This document shows, one piece after another, positions 27,675 to 41,845 of a stretch of 64,000 bases of DNA. Position numbers and translations under genes: made by a program. A model generated the notes under the pieces. It was not told where the DNA came from. It ran no database searches and saw only the letters and a list, made by a program, of their open reading frames with translations. The DNA is from Phyllosticta citribraziliensis (taxonomy: Eukaryota): NCBI RefSeq assembly GCF_038025025.1, contig NW_027117339.1:1426001-1490000 (forward strand). The letters run 5' to 3'. The first letter of the stretch is position 1, and every line of letters begins with the position of its first letter.

Positions 27675-29162
27675 CTAGTTCGGCACCTCACTCGTCGCCT
27701 CGCCTTGGACAACCACCTCGTTGTCGGCCGCGGCAATATCCCTGGGAAAATCCCTTGGCAACACCGACGCAACCCCCTTTTCGCTACGACCCATGCCTCC
27801 GCCGGCGGCTTCGGTCTGCTCCCACTCGCGCAAGCGGATCAGGCCATCGACATTGTCAGTATTGTCGTCATCAAACTCGAAGACACGGTAGTCGGCGTTG
27901 GCGTAACGGCGCGCGCTGACGCCGCAGCGCAAGAAGCCGGAGTGACTGACGACGATGATGACCTTCTCGGGCCGGGCGCGCAGCCAGCGAAGGCCGGCCT
28001 GGCCGCGGGCCAACACGGCGTGGCGGGTGAAGCCGTAAGGGTTGCGGCTTGGCGAAGGCGACGTCTTGTCAGGGTAGGTCGGGTCGACGACGGAAAAGTC
28101 GAGCGAGGGGAACAGCGGCTGGAGCGCCGAAACGGGGGAGCCCGTGTCGCAGGGTTTGTCCGAGTTTTCTAGCGCGTGGGCGGTTGGTTAGTTGATTGAT
28201 GGTCTCATTGTTGATCTCCTGCTCTGTGTGGCGGGGAGTGTGGTGTCCGTTTCCGCAAGACTGAACTATGGCGCCAGCGTCATGCGCATGAAGGGTAGGG
28301 ATGAAACAGAGAAAGTGGTAAATGATTCGCATGTTCATGCTGGGGGTGGCCAAGAAACATGCGGATCCCGTGGAGGGTCCCGCAATACCATGTCATCAAA
28401 TTATGCTGGTTGCTTGATGGCACAACTTCCACCACAACTCGCACAGAATTTGAAGAGAAGACAGGGAGGCCAAGAACAGTAAATAAGCATAAAAATGTAC
28501 TCCTGCAAGACAAGACTGCACAAGAGTCAGAATATTGGGAACTTCAAACTCACCCTGCCACTTCGCATCCAAATGCACAGGCGTGCCCCTCTCAATCAAC
28601 CAGCGCAGTCCCAGAGTCGCCGTCTGAAGCGTGCGCACCATCGGGCTAACGACTATGAGCTCAGCCTGCTCTGCCAGCGGGAGATTGGCGCGCAGATGCT
28701 CGCCCAGTTGCGCGGATTGCTGCTCTCCGAGCTCCGTCAGCGGCGGGTCGGGCAGTGAGTAGTCTGCGAGATTTGATGGATTAGCTGGCTATCGAAGTGC
28801 ATGGTAAACGGTCGACTGGGCAGGCAGGGATGTATTAGGTAGAGGGGGTTGGAAGGGTGCAACGGGATGGAGGCCAGGATCGCGGTTGGGGGAAGGCTGG
28901 CTTGGTGGACTGAGGAGGACAGGGAAGAAGGGTTCAGTCGCATCCCCAACTCAACCACCACAACTGCATCGGTGGAGATTGAAAAGTTGAAGTTGTTTTT
29001 TGGTCGGAGATGATGCGACTACACACCGATGTAGCCAGGAGCACCCACCCTGAGTTGCATTGTGCAGCGCTGTGGTCGTGATTAGTACGTCTTTACAAAG
29101 TGGGTTTTTACTTTCGAATGCTCACCTTCTGCGTGGCGGATGAGGATGAGTGTCGGGGGCAT
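27675..29162 (-). CDS. Histidine phosphatase / phosphoglycerate mutase family protein
   Basis: Spliced product MPPTLILIRHAEALHN...DPPLTELG...VVSPMVRTLQT...WQENSDKPCDTGS...VVSHSGFL. Introns 29125-29070, 29048-28764, 28553-28169. Confidence 0.88.
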
Positions 29163-29717
29163 GGTGCTCTCCGCTGTGTGCTCAGCTTCTGCAAAGGTTT
29201 TGATGCTATCCGAAGCAGTATCAGTACTGTAAGGATGTGTTGTTGCGCACAATCGAGGTGGTGGACGTCTTGAAGACAGTGGGGCGGCAATGGATGCAGC
29301 AAGGCTGGCGATCCTGTCGGATGGCGCTGCTGCTGTCGCTCAGCTATAGAATTCTTCCAGAGGGGGTATCGTGGGGTATCGTGGGGTATTGATCTTCCCT
29401 TGAATTGGAATATTCAATAAGAGTGTTGTTTGGGTTTCGTGCGCAGCTGCTTCCTATCCTAAGGTTGAAGCCAAAGCGCTGATGTAATCGGACTGGAGCT
29501 GACAGGCGCCGACAAGAGAAGTCATCTTCGATTTTCTCCGTCAACATCCACTGTGTACTTCTCGGTGCGATTCTGATTTCACGGGGTGGTGGATGGATGA
29601 TCAGGCAAGCAAAAGAACATGGGAGGGCCGTCTACGGTGAACTGGACCATCTCTATTATGCATTCAATCATGTCCCGACCTGCACAAGCCTCCGCTGCCT
29701 ACGTTTCTGTAGAAGTC

Positions 29718-30819
29718 TTACTCCTCCATCCTGTCGCCCTCGGGCCTGGCCTCCTCTTCCTCGTCGTCATCACCCTCAAGAGCCTTCTTCGCCAACCTCT
29801 CGGCTTCTTCCCTCAGTGCCTTGGGAACCTCCTCGTGACGTCCCTTGGTCGGACCGTCGGTTGTACTGATCCAGGTCATCTCCAACTCAAACTCCTTGTC
29901 CTTGCTGTCTTCATGGGCGAAGTAGATGATGCGCGCAGCCTCCTTGACACCCTGCTCGAGCGAAAGGTTGGCCTCGTGGAGGTTGAGCTTCTCAAGCTCG
30001 GCTTTGGCGGCTTGCCTGCCTTTGCCAGTGGCAGCACCGTAATATCCCTGTCGTTGTCAGCTGAGCTACTTGGGCAGCGTTGAGAGTGCACTCACCCAGT
30101 ACAGACCGCTCGGTTCGACCATGTAGAGGTACGGTCCGCCGTGCTTGACGCCCTCCTTCTTGCCGCCGGATCCAGTCGTAGGGCCAGAGCCGACCTGACC
30201 GTCCACTGGCACCTCTGCCTCGCTATCCCAGCCACCAATGATAGATGTGACACCGAAGGGCCGTGCGGAGGAGACGAGCGTGTATGCCTGAACGAAGCTA
30301 CCCATGCGACCAGCAAGAGCGGCCGTCTTGATCGGGGCCTTGTACATCCTTCTCCACTCGGCCGCTTCGTCCCGAGCTCGTGACACAAAGTGACGTCCGT
30401 CAGGAACAAGACCAGAGGAAACCTTAACGTCAACCGTGAGCGCGTCGTTTCACCACATGGGGTTGCTGGTTGGTAGACTCACGATGCCGATGTTACGGTC
30501 CACTGTCGATATGCGCTTGTTGGCTCCCTTCTTCAGCAGCTTGCTGGTGACAATCTTCTCGAGGGCCAGCACAACTCCGTCCTTGCACCTCAGGCCAACG
30601 GCAGTGCCTCCGTTCTCCACCGCCTTGGTCGCATATTCCACCTAATCGAGAGTGAGTAGGGGGCAGAGGAGGAGTGGATCGGCGGGCGCTGTACCTGGAA
30701 GTTGCGGCCGTCGGGCGAGAAGACTGAGTTGGAGAGATCATAGCCGGTACCTATCGACGTCTGTTGCGGCGCGACACGTTAGCGTAGACCTCAAATTGAG
30801 ACTTGAGAGGTGTTACCAT
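29718..30819 (-). CDS. PRE10: 20S proteasome subunit alpha-7
   Basis: ATG-only first exon, then [54 protein letters not shown] and an acidic tail. Four introns. Confidence 0.96.
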
Positions 30820-31271
30820 GTTTGCTAGACGACTTCACCAGGTATCTGAGAGATTTATTCCTTGACGGGTTGGTAAAGGCGGGGGTGGAGGATGGGAGGG
30901 TTGGAAGGCGTAGGTGATGATGCGGATGTGGTTGTAACGGAGCTCCAAGGCTTCCTCCGAGCTGCGCGTAGCTGGTGCGTGGCCCGAGCTTCAGAGATCT
31001 AATCTTATCTCGATCTTGGCATCATCGCAATCCAGAGGCAAGGGAGGTCAAGCCCTCCGGAGCAATGCTCACAGCGAAGGATTTCAATTTGAATCGTAGA
31101 TATCTCGTTCGACATGCAAAAATACGTGCTCTAAGTCCACATGCAAGATCCAAGAGTGGTAACAATATGCTTAAATTAATGTGTCCTCTAGATCTCTGCC
31201 AGTCCGCTCTATTCCTGCACAATGTCCGAGATTTGTTGGTTATGATTTGAAACGCAGTGGTTCCAAACTTC

Positions 31272-32255
<984 letters not shown>

Positions 32256-33109
32256 AGTGGGAACAGATTGAGGGGGGTCGATATAGGACGCCGCTGGGGC
32301 GTTCGAGATTGGCGGCCACCACCGCAGCACGGCAGTCCGTCCACTGAAACGTGATGGGTCGGGCCGTGGAACAACCGCAACACACCGGCCAGCGAGCCAG
32401 CGGGGGCTTGACCGTCCCTCTCCCAAACACTTTGCATCACTTGGTTTTTCTTTCCGTCGGCACTGTGTACTTGAGGCAAGTCGCTGATCATTTCCGATTG
32501 CTCGCTTGCACGGTCAATTCATGTTTCCTGCCTTCCCGGGACCATTCATCAGGCGTAGCAAGCGCAAGCAGCCACTCGATAGAAGCCTATGGGAAGTATT
32601 TGAGATTTCTTCCCAGAAAAACAACGGCAAATCAGATTGTTTTCTTCATTGAGTGTCGTCGTTTTCCTTTCACACACGTTCTCCTGCTGCAGATGGCTGC
32701 CCACCGGTTTTCGTCTCCACGGGTCAGAAAGCGACGAAGCTGGCATTACCATCCATCATGGTACGGGAGCTTTGCCTATTATCGAGGTATCCACTGGACA
32801 CCTCTTCACAATGCCTTTGGCTGAGTGAGCCACCTCCTGGCACCCTCCGACGTCATTTCAAAGAGAATGAGGATGGACTGATGCAGGAATGTCTTCTGTA
32901 GCCGCGCATTCAGACCCCACCATTCAAACATCACTCAATTTGTTCCTCGATAAATTGCGCGACTCATCACTTTTACTGGCTGCTACTGAGTCACAGCCCT
33001 GATGAGATAACGGGGTCCCTTCGATCGCCCTTTATATTGGGCTGTGCTCTAGAAATCACTGGACTGCAACGACAAAACCGAAGCGACCACATTACATGTA
33101 CCATCCACA

Positions 33110-34087
33110 ATGGGCCACACATCAAAGAGAAAGAAAGTCGAATTCTTAGATCTGCCCGGCGAGATCCGCAACATGATCTACAACGAGTGTTTTCTGCCCG
33201 ACAAATCGCTCGAGGTCGACTTTAGCCCCAATACCAGCGCGCATCACCCGAAGCAAGAGGTTCATCCTTCGCTGAAAGAAACCATAACGAGGATCTATCA
33301 AGACTTCAATATACGCCCTCCAACCGTGCGCAAGGATCGTCCCAAGTCACACTGGATCAATGTTCCACAGAATCCTCCAAAGCCATCCAGAAAACAAAGG
33401 GAAACGGAGAGCAACAGGAAAAGACACTTCGGCGCCGGTCTACTCTCAACTTGCAGGCAAACCTACTGGGAGTCAAGAGGCTTTCTTTACTCAAGATCCA
33501 TCTTCATGTTCTCCTCATCCAAGAAACTGCTCTGCTTCATCACCACTGTGTCTTCTGAGAGTCTCGCTTTGATCAGACATGTCCAGATTACCCAAGCGAT
33601 GTGCGGCACCCACTTCCATTCTGAGCTACGGTTCTTGAGAGACCGCTACGAGAAGAATTGGCTCTCTGCAATGCAGATGGCTGCGAGTAGGCTCACGGGG
33701 CTGCGCGATTTGGAGGTCTGGCTGTGCATGGCCTACAGCCCCGTACATTTGGACTTTTCTCGAACCTGGGCTCAATCCATACTGGCTTTTGGTACAACTC
33801 GCCCGTCAATCAGAAACAGTAACTCCAGTGTGCACCCAGCATATAACGGTTGCCTATCCAACCTACAAATCGAACTGTGGGGCTATCATTTGCAGTAGCT
33901 GACACCATCAGCTCGCAATGATGCTTCGATTCGGCTGCATGTCGCATTTGCGGAAGCTTTGCGCAGGCGGATGATGGGGTGGATTGATGCGGACGCCCTG
34001 GTGGATTTCAAAAAGGCGGAGTCGCAATATTTAGAGATACTGCGTCTAGAAGAGCTTGAGTGGGCGGCTCCAAGGGAGATTCAATAA
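33110..34087 (+). pseudogene. Hypothetical 'FLDLPGEIRNMIY' family protein interrupted by an in-frame TAG (pseudogene, truncated allele or readthrough)
   Basis: 262 codons to TAG at 33896-33898, then 62 further in-frame protein-like codons (RLHVAFAEALRRRMMGW) to TAA at 34087. Confidence 0.55.
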
Positions 34088-34333
34088 AGCGATAAAAATC
34101 TCCAATGGAAGCGTTGGATAAATGGATTACCTCAATTGGATGCTGGAACGGATTCTCGCTGCAGCCCGCCAAGAGACAGATACATCAAAATGACAGCGTT
34201 GAGTAATTGACTCGGAGCCAGTGTCAATGGACGCTCCCAAGCGACGGGAATCGGGGAGAGCCTGAGTGCCGGGTGCCTTCCGTCGTAGGGACCGACTACC
34301 AAGGAAGGCAGGCGCTGCCATCGTCCCCCAAAT

Positions 34334-36245
34334 GTGTTCTTCGCCTGCCCAGAGCTCAGCAACCTTACACCCAACGACCGCAGTCCTCCCACGCCCCAAT
34401 CAACGCAAGCCTTACATGTCCAGATGCACCCGCTCACTCTCCACAACCTGACAACTTCGCATCGCCGGCAATCCCAAGTCTCTCGGGCCTTCCAAAGTCG
34501 AGCTGTCATAGCTTCGTCTGCTCGAGCCAATCGAGAGACCAAATTGAGGGTTCGAAATGATGGGAACTACACCTTCCAGGGTCCAAAAGCCTCTCCTGCA
34601 TGTGGAAGTTCGCCTCAAAAACTCCGCAGATTGTTTCGTCCGCACCGATTTGGTAGGGTAATGTCTTTGATTGCCGATGCTATGCTTACGACAGCAGATT
34701 AGAGATGAGGTTTCTTCATGGCTTTTGCGCAAGTACACCGCCATCGTCGTTGGTCAGGAAATCCTAGGCTACGGTATTACTCACATCAGACTGCTGAGAA
34801 TCTCGCTCACCGTCTTCGACAGAAAACTTGATGCACGCAGAAAACATCGAATCGATTAGCGCCGTCGAGTACACATGCGTGGATACTGAAGAAGATGATC
34901 CACAACAAGTGCACGACTTAAAAGACGTTCGACTGGACGTGCAAGCCTTCGAGCTTATCGAACAGGATGTGTCGATGGCGAGTCTAGGCCTTGAGGATGA
35001 TGAAAATTCCAGTGATCCGCAGCTACGAGTCACAGCGCTTCCAAGTGTTTCGCTTGATGGGGACTGGGAGTCGTTCGTTTTTCCCAGTTCATCTTAGGGA
35101 TGGCCCGATTGCTGACTCTTTCCAGGTTGGTGTTCACGAAGCCCCTGCATACTCGATTGCTGCATTTCACTACCCGAATGAGTGAGTACCAGACCCAAAC
35201 AATCAAGCTCCCGAGCTTACTCACTTTTTCCAAAGTCTCGATGGTCCAGACACCGGGGCTCAATGCCACATTGATGAATTGGAATGGGCTCATGCTTCTT
35301 CACGGGCCGCCCGGGACCGGAAAGACAACTCTGTGGTACAGTCTTGAAGTGTCTCTGGTATTTTGCAGGACGCTGATACTGTGAAAGCCGCGGACTGGCC
35401 CAAAAACTCACCATCCGCTTGGGGAGCTACTTCACGCATGGAAAGCTCGTTGAGATTTGCTCACAGTCCCTTTTGAGTAAATGGTTCGGGGAGAGCGCGA
35501 AGCTGCTGTCAAAAATGTTTGAGAAGCTCGAGGAGATGGCACGCGACGAGACTTCCTTCGTATGCGTCTTGATTGACGAGGTCGAGACCTTGACTGCAGC
35601 TCGCGACAAATCTGCGAATGGATCGGAGTGTGGGGATGCCATGAGGGTTTGGAAGGCTAGTCCTAGTGCGGAAACCCAGAAAACTGACCAAGGAACATTC
35701 AGGCCACAAACCAACTCCTTACTGCGCTCGACCGTCTCAGACATCGCTCTAATATTGTGGTGCTCTGCACAAGCAATCTGGTACATGCGCTTGTGAGTGC
35801 TCTGGAGATGAATGTCAGCTCCTCTTAACAGTCATAGGACTCTGCTTTCATGGACCGCGTCGATATCAAGCAGCTGGTGCCCAATCCAGAGTCAAGAGCA
35901 ATATACGAGATCCTTCGATCCAGCCTGAACGAGCTCATTCGTAACCGAATTCTTACGCCACTTGAAGTTTCCGGCCAGGACAAGGAGTTTTTCGAAGACG
36001 GCGGGCACTGGTTCCCATCCGCAGCACAACTGCTTCTCTGTTCTGGATGGAATGATGAGGACGACCCGGAGGGTCACAGTAGCCCTGCAATCAGGCTATG
36101 GAAAATATCGGAGAGGTGCGAGGGGATGAGTGGTCGGGCGTTGCGTCGGTTGCCTGCAAACGCGCTGGCCATGTACACCTACTCCAATCCCGTGGAACTG
36201 GGTGCTCTCCTAGATGCTCTGGAAAGGGCAATGATGGATATCTAA
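34334..36245 (+). CDS. PCH2: Pachytene checkpoint AAA+ ATPase Pch2/TRIP13 (5' end uncertain)
   Basis: WNGLMLLHGPPGTGKTTL, LAQKLTIR, SKWFGESAKL, VLIDEVETL, ATNQLLTALDRL, DSAFMDRVDIKQ, GMSGRALRRLP across multiple short introns. Start codon not resolved. Confidence 0.9.
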
Positions 36246-38053
36246 GGAAATGCTGTGCTTGACCTAGAAAAAGGCGGGAAAGGGGCCAGTTTCAGGACCA
36301 AAATGGAAACGAGTATGACAGGTCACCGATGGCAATGGTGCAGTTTATGGGCAATGTGAAGCAGGCTACAAAATTCTGCAGTACACCCTTCCGGATGGCC
36401 TCCCGGCACATGTTCCCGCATCAGTAGGCAGGAGTGCGGAGAGTGGATCAGCTTGGGCGGCGTCTGAGTTGACAGCACCGGATATATGCGCTGCAGCATG
36501 TCATACAGTCAGTCAGTCTTGGTTGCAGCAGGGCCGGACAAGCGCACGAATGGATCTTGACCAAAGGCATGCAGATTCCTCATGCTCAGAGCCGGTCACG
36601 ACGTGGGCCGGCGGGCTGTAGCAGGTGTCTGGACGAAGCTACCGATTTCTCCCGCCGCAGCAGTGGATGGCATTCGTCAAGAGGAGGCACGTTCCCGCAG
36701 GTGTGGTGAAAGACGCAGACAGGTAGCGTGGCGAGCTGCATTGACAGTTGGGCAGTGGTGCCCGAGAGGTCTTGGGCTGATGAGCAGAAGAGGCGTGCGA
36801 GGGCTTGATAGGAGGCTCGTTATGGGCCGAGCCGAGCTGGAGCGGCGTGCCGTTGCGACGGGCGGGCTGGCGGCGCCCAACCGCGTCTCCCCTGTGGCGA
36901 TTGTGGTTGTGGGAGAGGAAGAGAGCGTGGCCCCTGGCGTCATGGCCTGACACGTATTCGCCTGCGAGAGGACGGCCAACGTCCAACAGCGCTAACAGTG
37001 TCGAGACATGTCGGTTGAAATGCAAGGTTGTCTGGTTATGACTCCTTGCAAAGGGGGCCAGGCGCGAGTATAACTGAGCGGGAGGAGCCATTCCTGCCCG
37101 ACGGAGCAAGGTGTTGTTGAAGTTGCTTGCCTGCTCTTCCTTTTCTTCTCCCTCCTCTCCCACTCCGCTCGGCAGGGCAGCCCGCCGTCGCACAGCAGAG
37201 CCTTTCGCACAAGGAAGCGAGACCGCGACACCACTCATCCGTCCGAGACAAATGTTGCACTCGGCCCTCAACCGCAGCTACATATTCTTGCGCAGACCGA
37301 AGCGACTCTGCCGCCATCGTCGGTCCATATCTCGGGATCCGCAGCCGCACCCGCCTGGCATTCCCCAGACTCTCTGCTCCAGCAACGCCCGCACGTTGTC
37401 CAGTGCGTATCACCAGGTACGTCTCTCGTCTCGCTCTTCTCTCTTCAGGCCTCGCCCGCGCTGCACAGTGGTGCCCGAGGGCTGATTGTGCAGCCCAATG
37501 GCGGCGCATTTGACCGGTCATGAACTCTTTGCGCTGACAAGCAGACTGCAGTAGCGCGGCTCTGACAGCCCTTCTGCCAGCACCAACCCGGTTACACGCC
37601 CGCTTACTTTATCACCGCCATCCCGCGCCCGCAAACCATCGGCGTTCGTGGTCCCAGGCGCGCCCCGTCATTCCCAAACCTCTTGTAGCACACCACTGCC
37701 GCACCCTGCCTCGGCTTGCTTCACCCTCCGGCAGCCTTACCATCGACCGCGGCGTCAACCTCCACCCTCCTCGTCCGTCTCGTCTTGCATCGCGCCTGCA
37801 TTGCTCAAGCATCCCTTACACCCTGCCTGCGCCGTCTTCGCTTGCAATTCATTCCTCGTCTGGTCTTGACCGTTGTTTACCAACATTGCAACGACCCCGC
37901 GTCAGCTGAGCACCCACAGCGCCCGCCGTCCAATCCAAGCCAGCACTAGAATTCTGGTGGCCGCCACCCATCGCAATCCAGGGCTATTCCAACCCAGCCT
38001 ATCTCCAGAAGAAAGGCATCGTGCGATAATCCCCCGTCCCTACTCTCTTCCCT

Positions 38054-40555
38054 ATGCGGTAAGCCCTCCGTGTTCCTCCCGTATCGCGACTCTGCCCGTA
38101 CCCATTCCTGGCGCATCCCAGGCACTGCTACTCTGGCTCCCATGCCTCTGGCTCCCTTGTCCGCCGCTACTTACTAACGCTTGCTCCGCCCAGCAGGACA
38201 ATCATCGTCCAGTCTTCCGGCTCGGAGCAACCGTCGACGTCGGACGAGGAATCCTCTGGTGTGCAAATACCCTCTGCTCGGCGTAGCCAACACGACTATT
38301 CCGACGACTATTCCTCCGAGGACGACGACATTGACTTTGTCGACGATCTCGACGACGAAATCGAGCCGTCAGAGTCAGCATCCCGACAGCCCGAACCTGT
38401 ACGGCGTCGGGCCCAACCATCGTCTCGTCCGCCAACTGCTCGTCGCCAAACCGTCCAGGTGGAGGAGCCGATACGACATCGAAGAACCGAAAGGCGGTAC
38501 CATCGAGAGCGGAGCGAGCACAGCGCCCCCCGTCGACGGCCGACTTCCGCCGACGACCTGGACAGTGTGGATTATCCAGAAGAAGATTACCCGGGCTTCG
38601 GTCACCAACCGCGTGGCCCACCGCTTCACCATCCACACAGTTCATGGGCTCACGTTCCCCAGCAACCCGCACCGCCAGGTTTTGCTACAAGTACAATGCT
38701 CTCGGGCTACCCACCTAACCACTTTGACCCTGGAGCGCTGATCCAAATGCCTCCTCACGATGCATATGGTGGTTACCACCACAACCCTTTTGCGCCAAAC
38801 CCAGGCAACCCCTTCGCAACACCTCCCCCTCAAAGCATGGTGGGGCCTGGCTACTACGACCCCGGAGCCATGCAGCCGCGACCCGGACTGGCTCCTCGTC
38901 AGAGGCATTCCATGCACGGTGGACTACCTGGCCAGCCAGGAGTTGCGCCTGCTGGGGCGATGATGCCTTACTATCAAGGCTTCGACGGGTATCCGCCTCC
39001 AATGGTGCCGTACCGATATCCGCCGCAATACGCTCCACACTCTCCGCATGACGACTCTCCTCCTCCATCCAGGAGACGAGTGTCAAAGTCTGCCACTCCG
39101 CCCGCGGACAATGCTCCCCCACCTCCTCCGCCCCCTGTTCCCGCTCCTCCTACCGCCATGATTCCGGTTCCCCCTCCAGCACCGCCAGAGCCCACGCCTG
39201 CAGAGAAAGAAGCTGCCGAGAGACTGAAGAAGCTCGAAGATCTCCTCCATGCACAGATGCAGGCCAAGATCGACAAGGAGGCGAAGAGACAGAAAGAGGC
39301 AGAGGAGGCAAAGAAGGCTGCTGAGGAAGAGAAGAGGAGGAGCGAGGAAGACCGCCTTCTCAAGATCCACGAGCTCATCATCGCATCACGTGATGAGCAG
39401 ATCGCTCGCGAAAAGGCTTTGGAGGCCCAACGTGCAGCGGAAAAGGCAGAGGCCGACGCCAAGGCTGCAAAGGATGCTGCTGATAAACAGAAGGCAGCTG
39501 AAGAAGCCAAGAAGCTGCTGGACGCCGCCAAGAAAGCTCGCGAGGAGGCCGAGGCCAAGGCTGCAGCCGATGCGCAGGCAGCCAAGGAGGCGCATGAAAA
39601 AGCACTGGCCGAAGAAAAGGCTGCGAATGAAAAGGCCATGACGGAGGCAAAGGCCGCTGCGGACGAGCTGACAAAGGCGAAGGAGGAAGCAGAAAAGAAA
39701 GCCGCGGAGGAGGCCAAAGCAAAGGAAGAGGCCGAAAAGAAGGCAGCCGAAGCGGCTGCGCCCAAGCCCGAGGAAAAGAAGGCGCCCATCAAATTCAAAG
39801 ATGCAGTCGGGCGAAAGTTTAGCTTTCCGTGGCATCTGTGCAAGACTTGGAAGGGCATGGACGAGCTCATCAAACAGGCTTTCCTTCATGTGGACGTCAT
39901 TGGCCAGCACGTTCACGAAGGTCATTACGATTTGGTTGGGCCGGACGGTGAGATCATTCTCCCACAAGTCTGGGAGACTGTCGTTCAGCCTGACTGGACC
40001 GTCACCATGCACATGTGGCCAATGGAGGAACCTGCTCCACCGCCAAGGTCACCACCCATGGGTGGCCCGATGGGGGGTCCTATGCCGCCACCCCCTCATT
40101 TCCCCATGGAGGATTGGATGCACATTGGTATGCCGCCGCCAGGGCCGGCGGCTGGAAAGAAGCCGCGTCCTAGCGACAAACCCGGAAAGATCCTAGGCCG
40201 CGACAAGAGCGTCAAGAAGCCACCCAAACCAGCTCCCCCTCCTCCGGCCCCAATGGTTGAGATCATTCAAGATGGTGGAGCGGGACCTTCCAACTTAGGC
40301 CCTCCTCCGAAGCAGAAGAATAAGGCTCCGCCAGCGGGTAGTCTGGGTATCTTGCGTTGGATGGCAGGAACCCAAACCGGAGCTAGGCAGTCGGGAAAAG
40401 GGGCAAAAAAACCTGAAAGCCCTCCCGGTGGTGGTCCATCTGCAGCAATTGCAGCACCAATGGCACCTGGCCCCTCGTCTTCATCAACTCCACATGGCAA
40501 CGGTGTCCATGTCCAGTCACACGGCAATCCTAATGATGGGTGCGCTGTCATGTGA
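38054..40555 (+). CDS. Pro-rich / coiled-coil protein with fungal ubiquitin-like domain and C-terminal CaaX
   Basis: ATG at 38054 plus intron 38059-38196 (NAGNAG acceptor) is in frame with the 764-aa ORF. A/E/K coiled coil, then domain IKFKDAVGRKFSFPWHLCKTW...IILPQVWETVVQPDW. Ends in CAVM. Confidence 0.85.
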
Positions 40556-41845
40556 GGAGCTGAGTGAAGATGGGGGGGCTAGCCTGCTGTGTGCTTTGCG
40601 TGCAGTGGACTACTACCACACTTTCCTTGGAAAGGGTCTTTCTGGAGGCAAGCGTTTTCTCTCCTGCATTTGGCGGGAGTTTTTGCTGTCTCGGGGGTTT
40701 CTTGAGTGGTGGTATACTTCTTTTTTCTCTTCATCGGTTTCCCTCGGGCCTTCCATCGGGTGGCCGCCTCGGAGACTGATCTTTTCAAGAGACGCTGACG
40801 ATGCCCGCACACGCGGCAGCTTCGTCTCTTTCTTCTGACCGCCGTCCTTTGTGGCGGTTGACGTGCGATCTTTCGAATTCTCTTTGCGTTACGTTCAAGC
40901 GTCGTCCGAATTTTTCTTCACGGGGAGAGCCTGGTTCTGCTTGGTCGTTGTTGTCTGTCGCCCTCCCGCTTGATGTCGTCTTTTTCTTCCCATCATCTTT
41001 ATCCCACAACACCCCTCTATATCCCTGTCCCATAACGTGTATGACGACAAAAGCATCAACTGCAGCATACTTAACACTCATGACCGACGACTCTGATACC
41101 CCATTTCCCCCCCTTTCTTTCTCCTTTACTTTTTGTCAGTTTATCGTGGGGTTTTCAAGCGACGGAGTCAGTGAGGGGACGAGACAGGCAGGGAAAGGCA
41201 CGCCACGCTCGGTTGATTTTTTTGGCTATTCCTTTCGCGATTTCGGCACTGTTTGACTGAGTTGGACGCTGTCTCTACTTGTGGTGCTTCGAGTCTTCGA
41301 GTGCGCAGGAGAGTTCCTTGGTACGACAGTGATGGATTGACTTGACGGCCGTTAACTGATGATAGAATGCAGGGTCAGTGTTCGGGGAGGCGAGCACTAC
41401 TCAGGTGGCACTGAATTGGCATTTGTCAATTCACGCGCACTTGCTGGTGTGATGAGGTCGAGAAGAATTCTTTACGTCGAAAAAATCAATGGAAAAATCA
41501 TGTTTGGCAGTCATGATGTGCTTTGATTTGAGCTTCCAATTAGTGCGGCCGGACAATGCTTAGCTTTTCTTTCCTGACTTGTCTTGGCCTACAAATTGTC
41601 TGAGTGATTGCTTGTTGACTCTGCTCTCTCCGCAGATCTCCACCAGTGGACGCTTGAGCAGTCATGTTAACCAAGGGGTGTTCCGAACAGGGTAAGACAC
41701 TCCCATGCTGAGAATCGCCCAGGCTGACCGTTTGAAGCTCACGGAATCTAAATCTCTGCCATGCAACGTCTCAACAAAAACTTGCGATCAAAATCTATTG
41801 CGGCAATATAGATGCACCAGAAGAGCCACAGAAGCCCAGACGATC

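Noticed and set aside
32500..33000. Short + strand ORFs between the URA6 locus and the 33110 gene
   Set aside because: No recognisable motif or consistent exon structure.
38974..39873. 299-aa Ala/Ser/Phe-rich antisense ORF
   Set aside because: Reverse complement of the A/E/K coiled-coil coding region.
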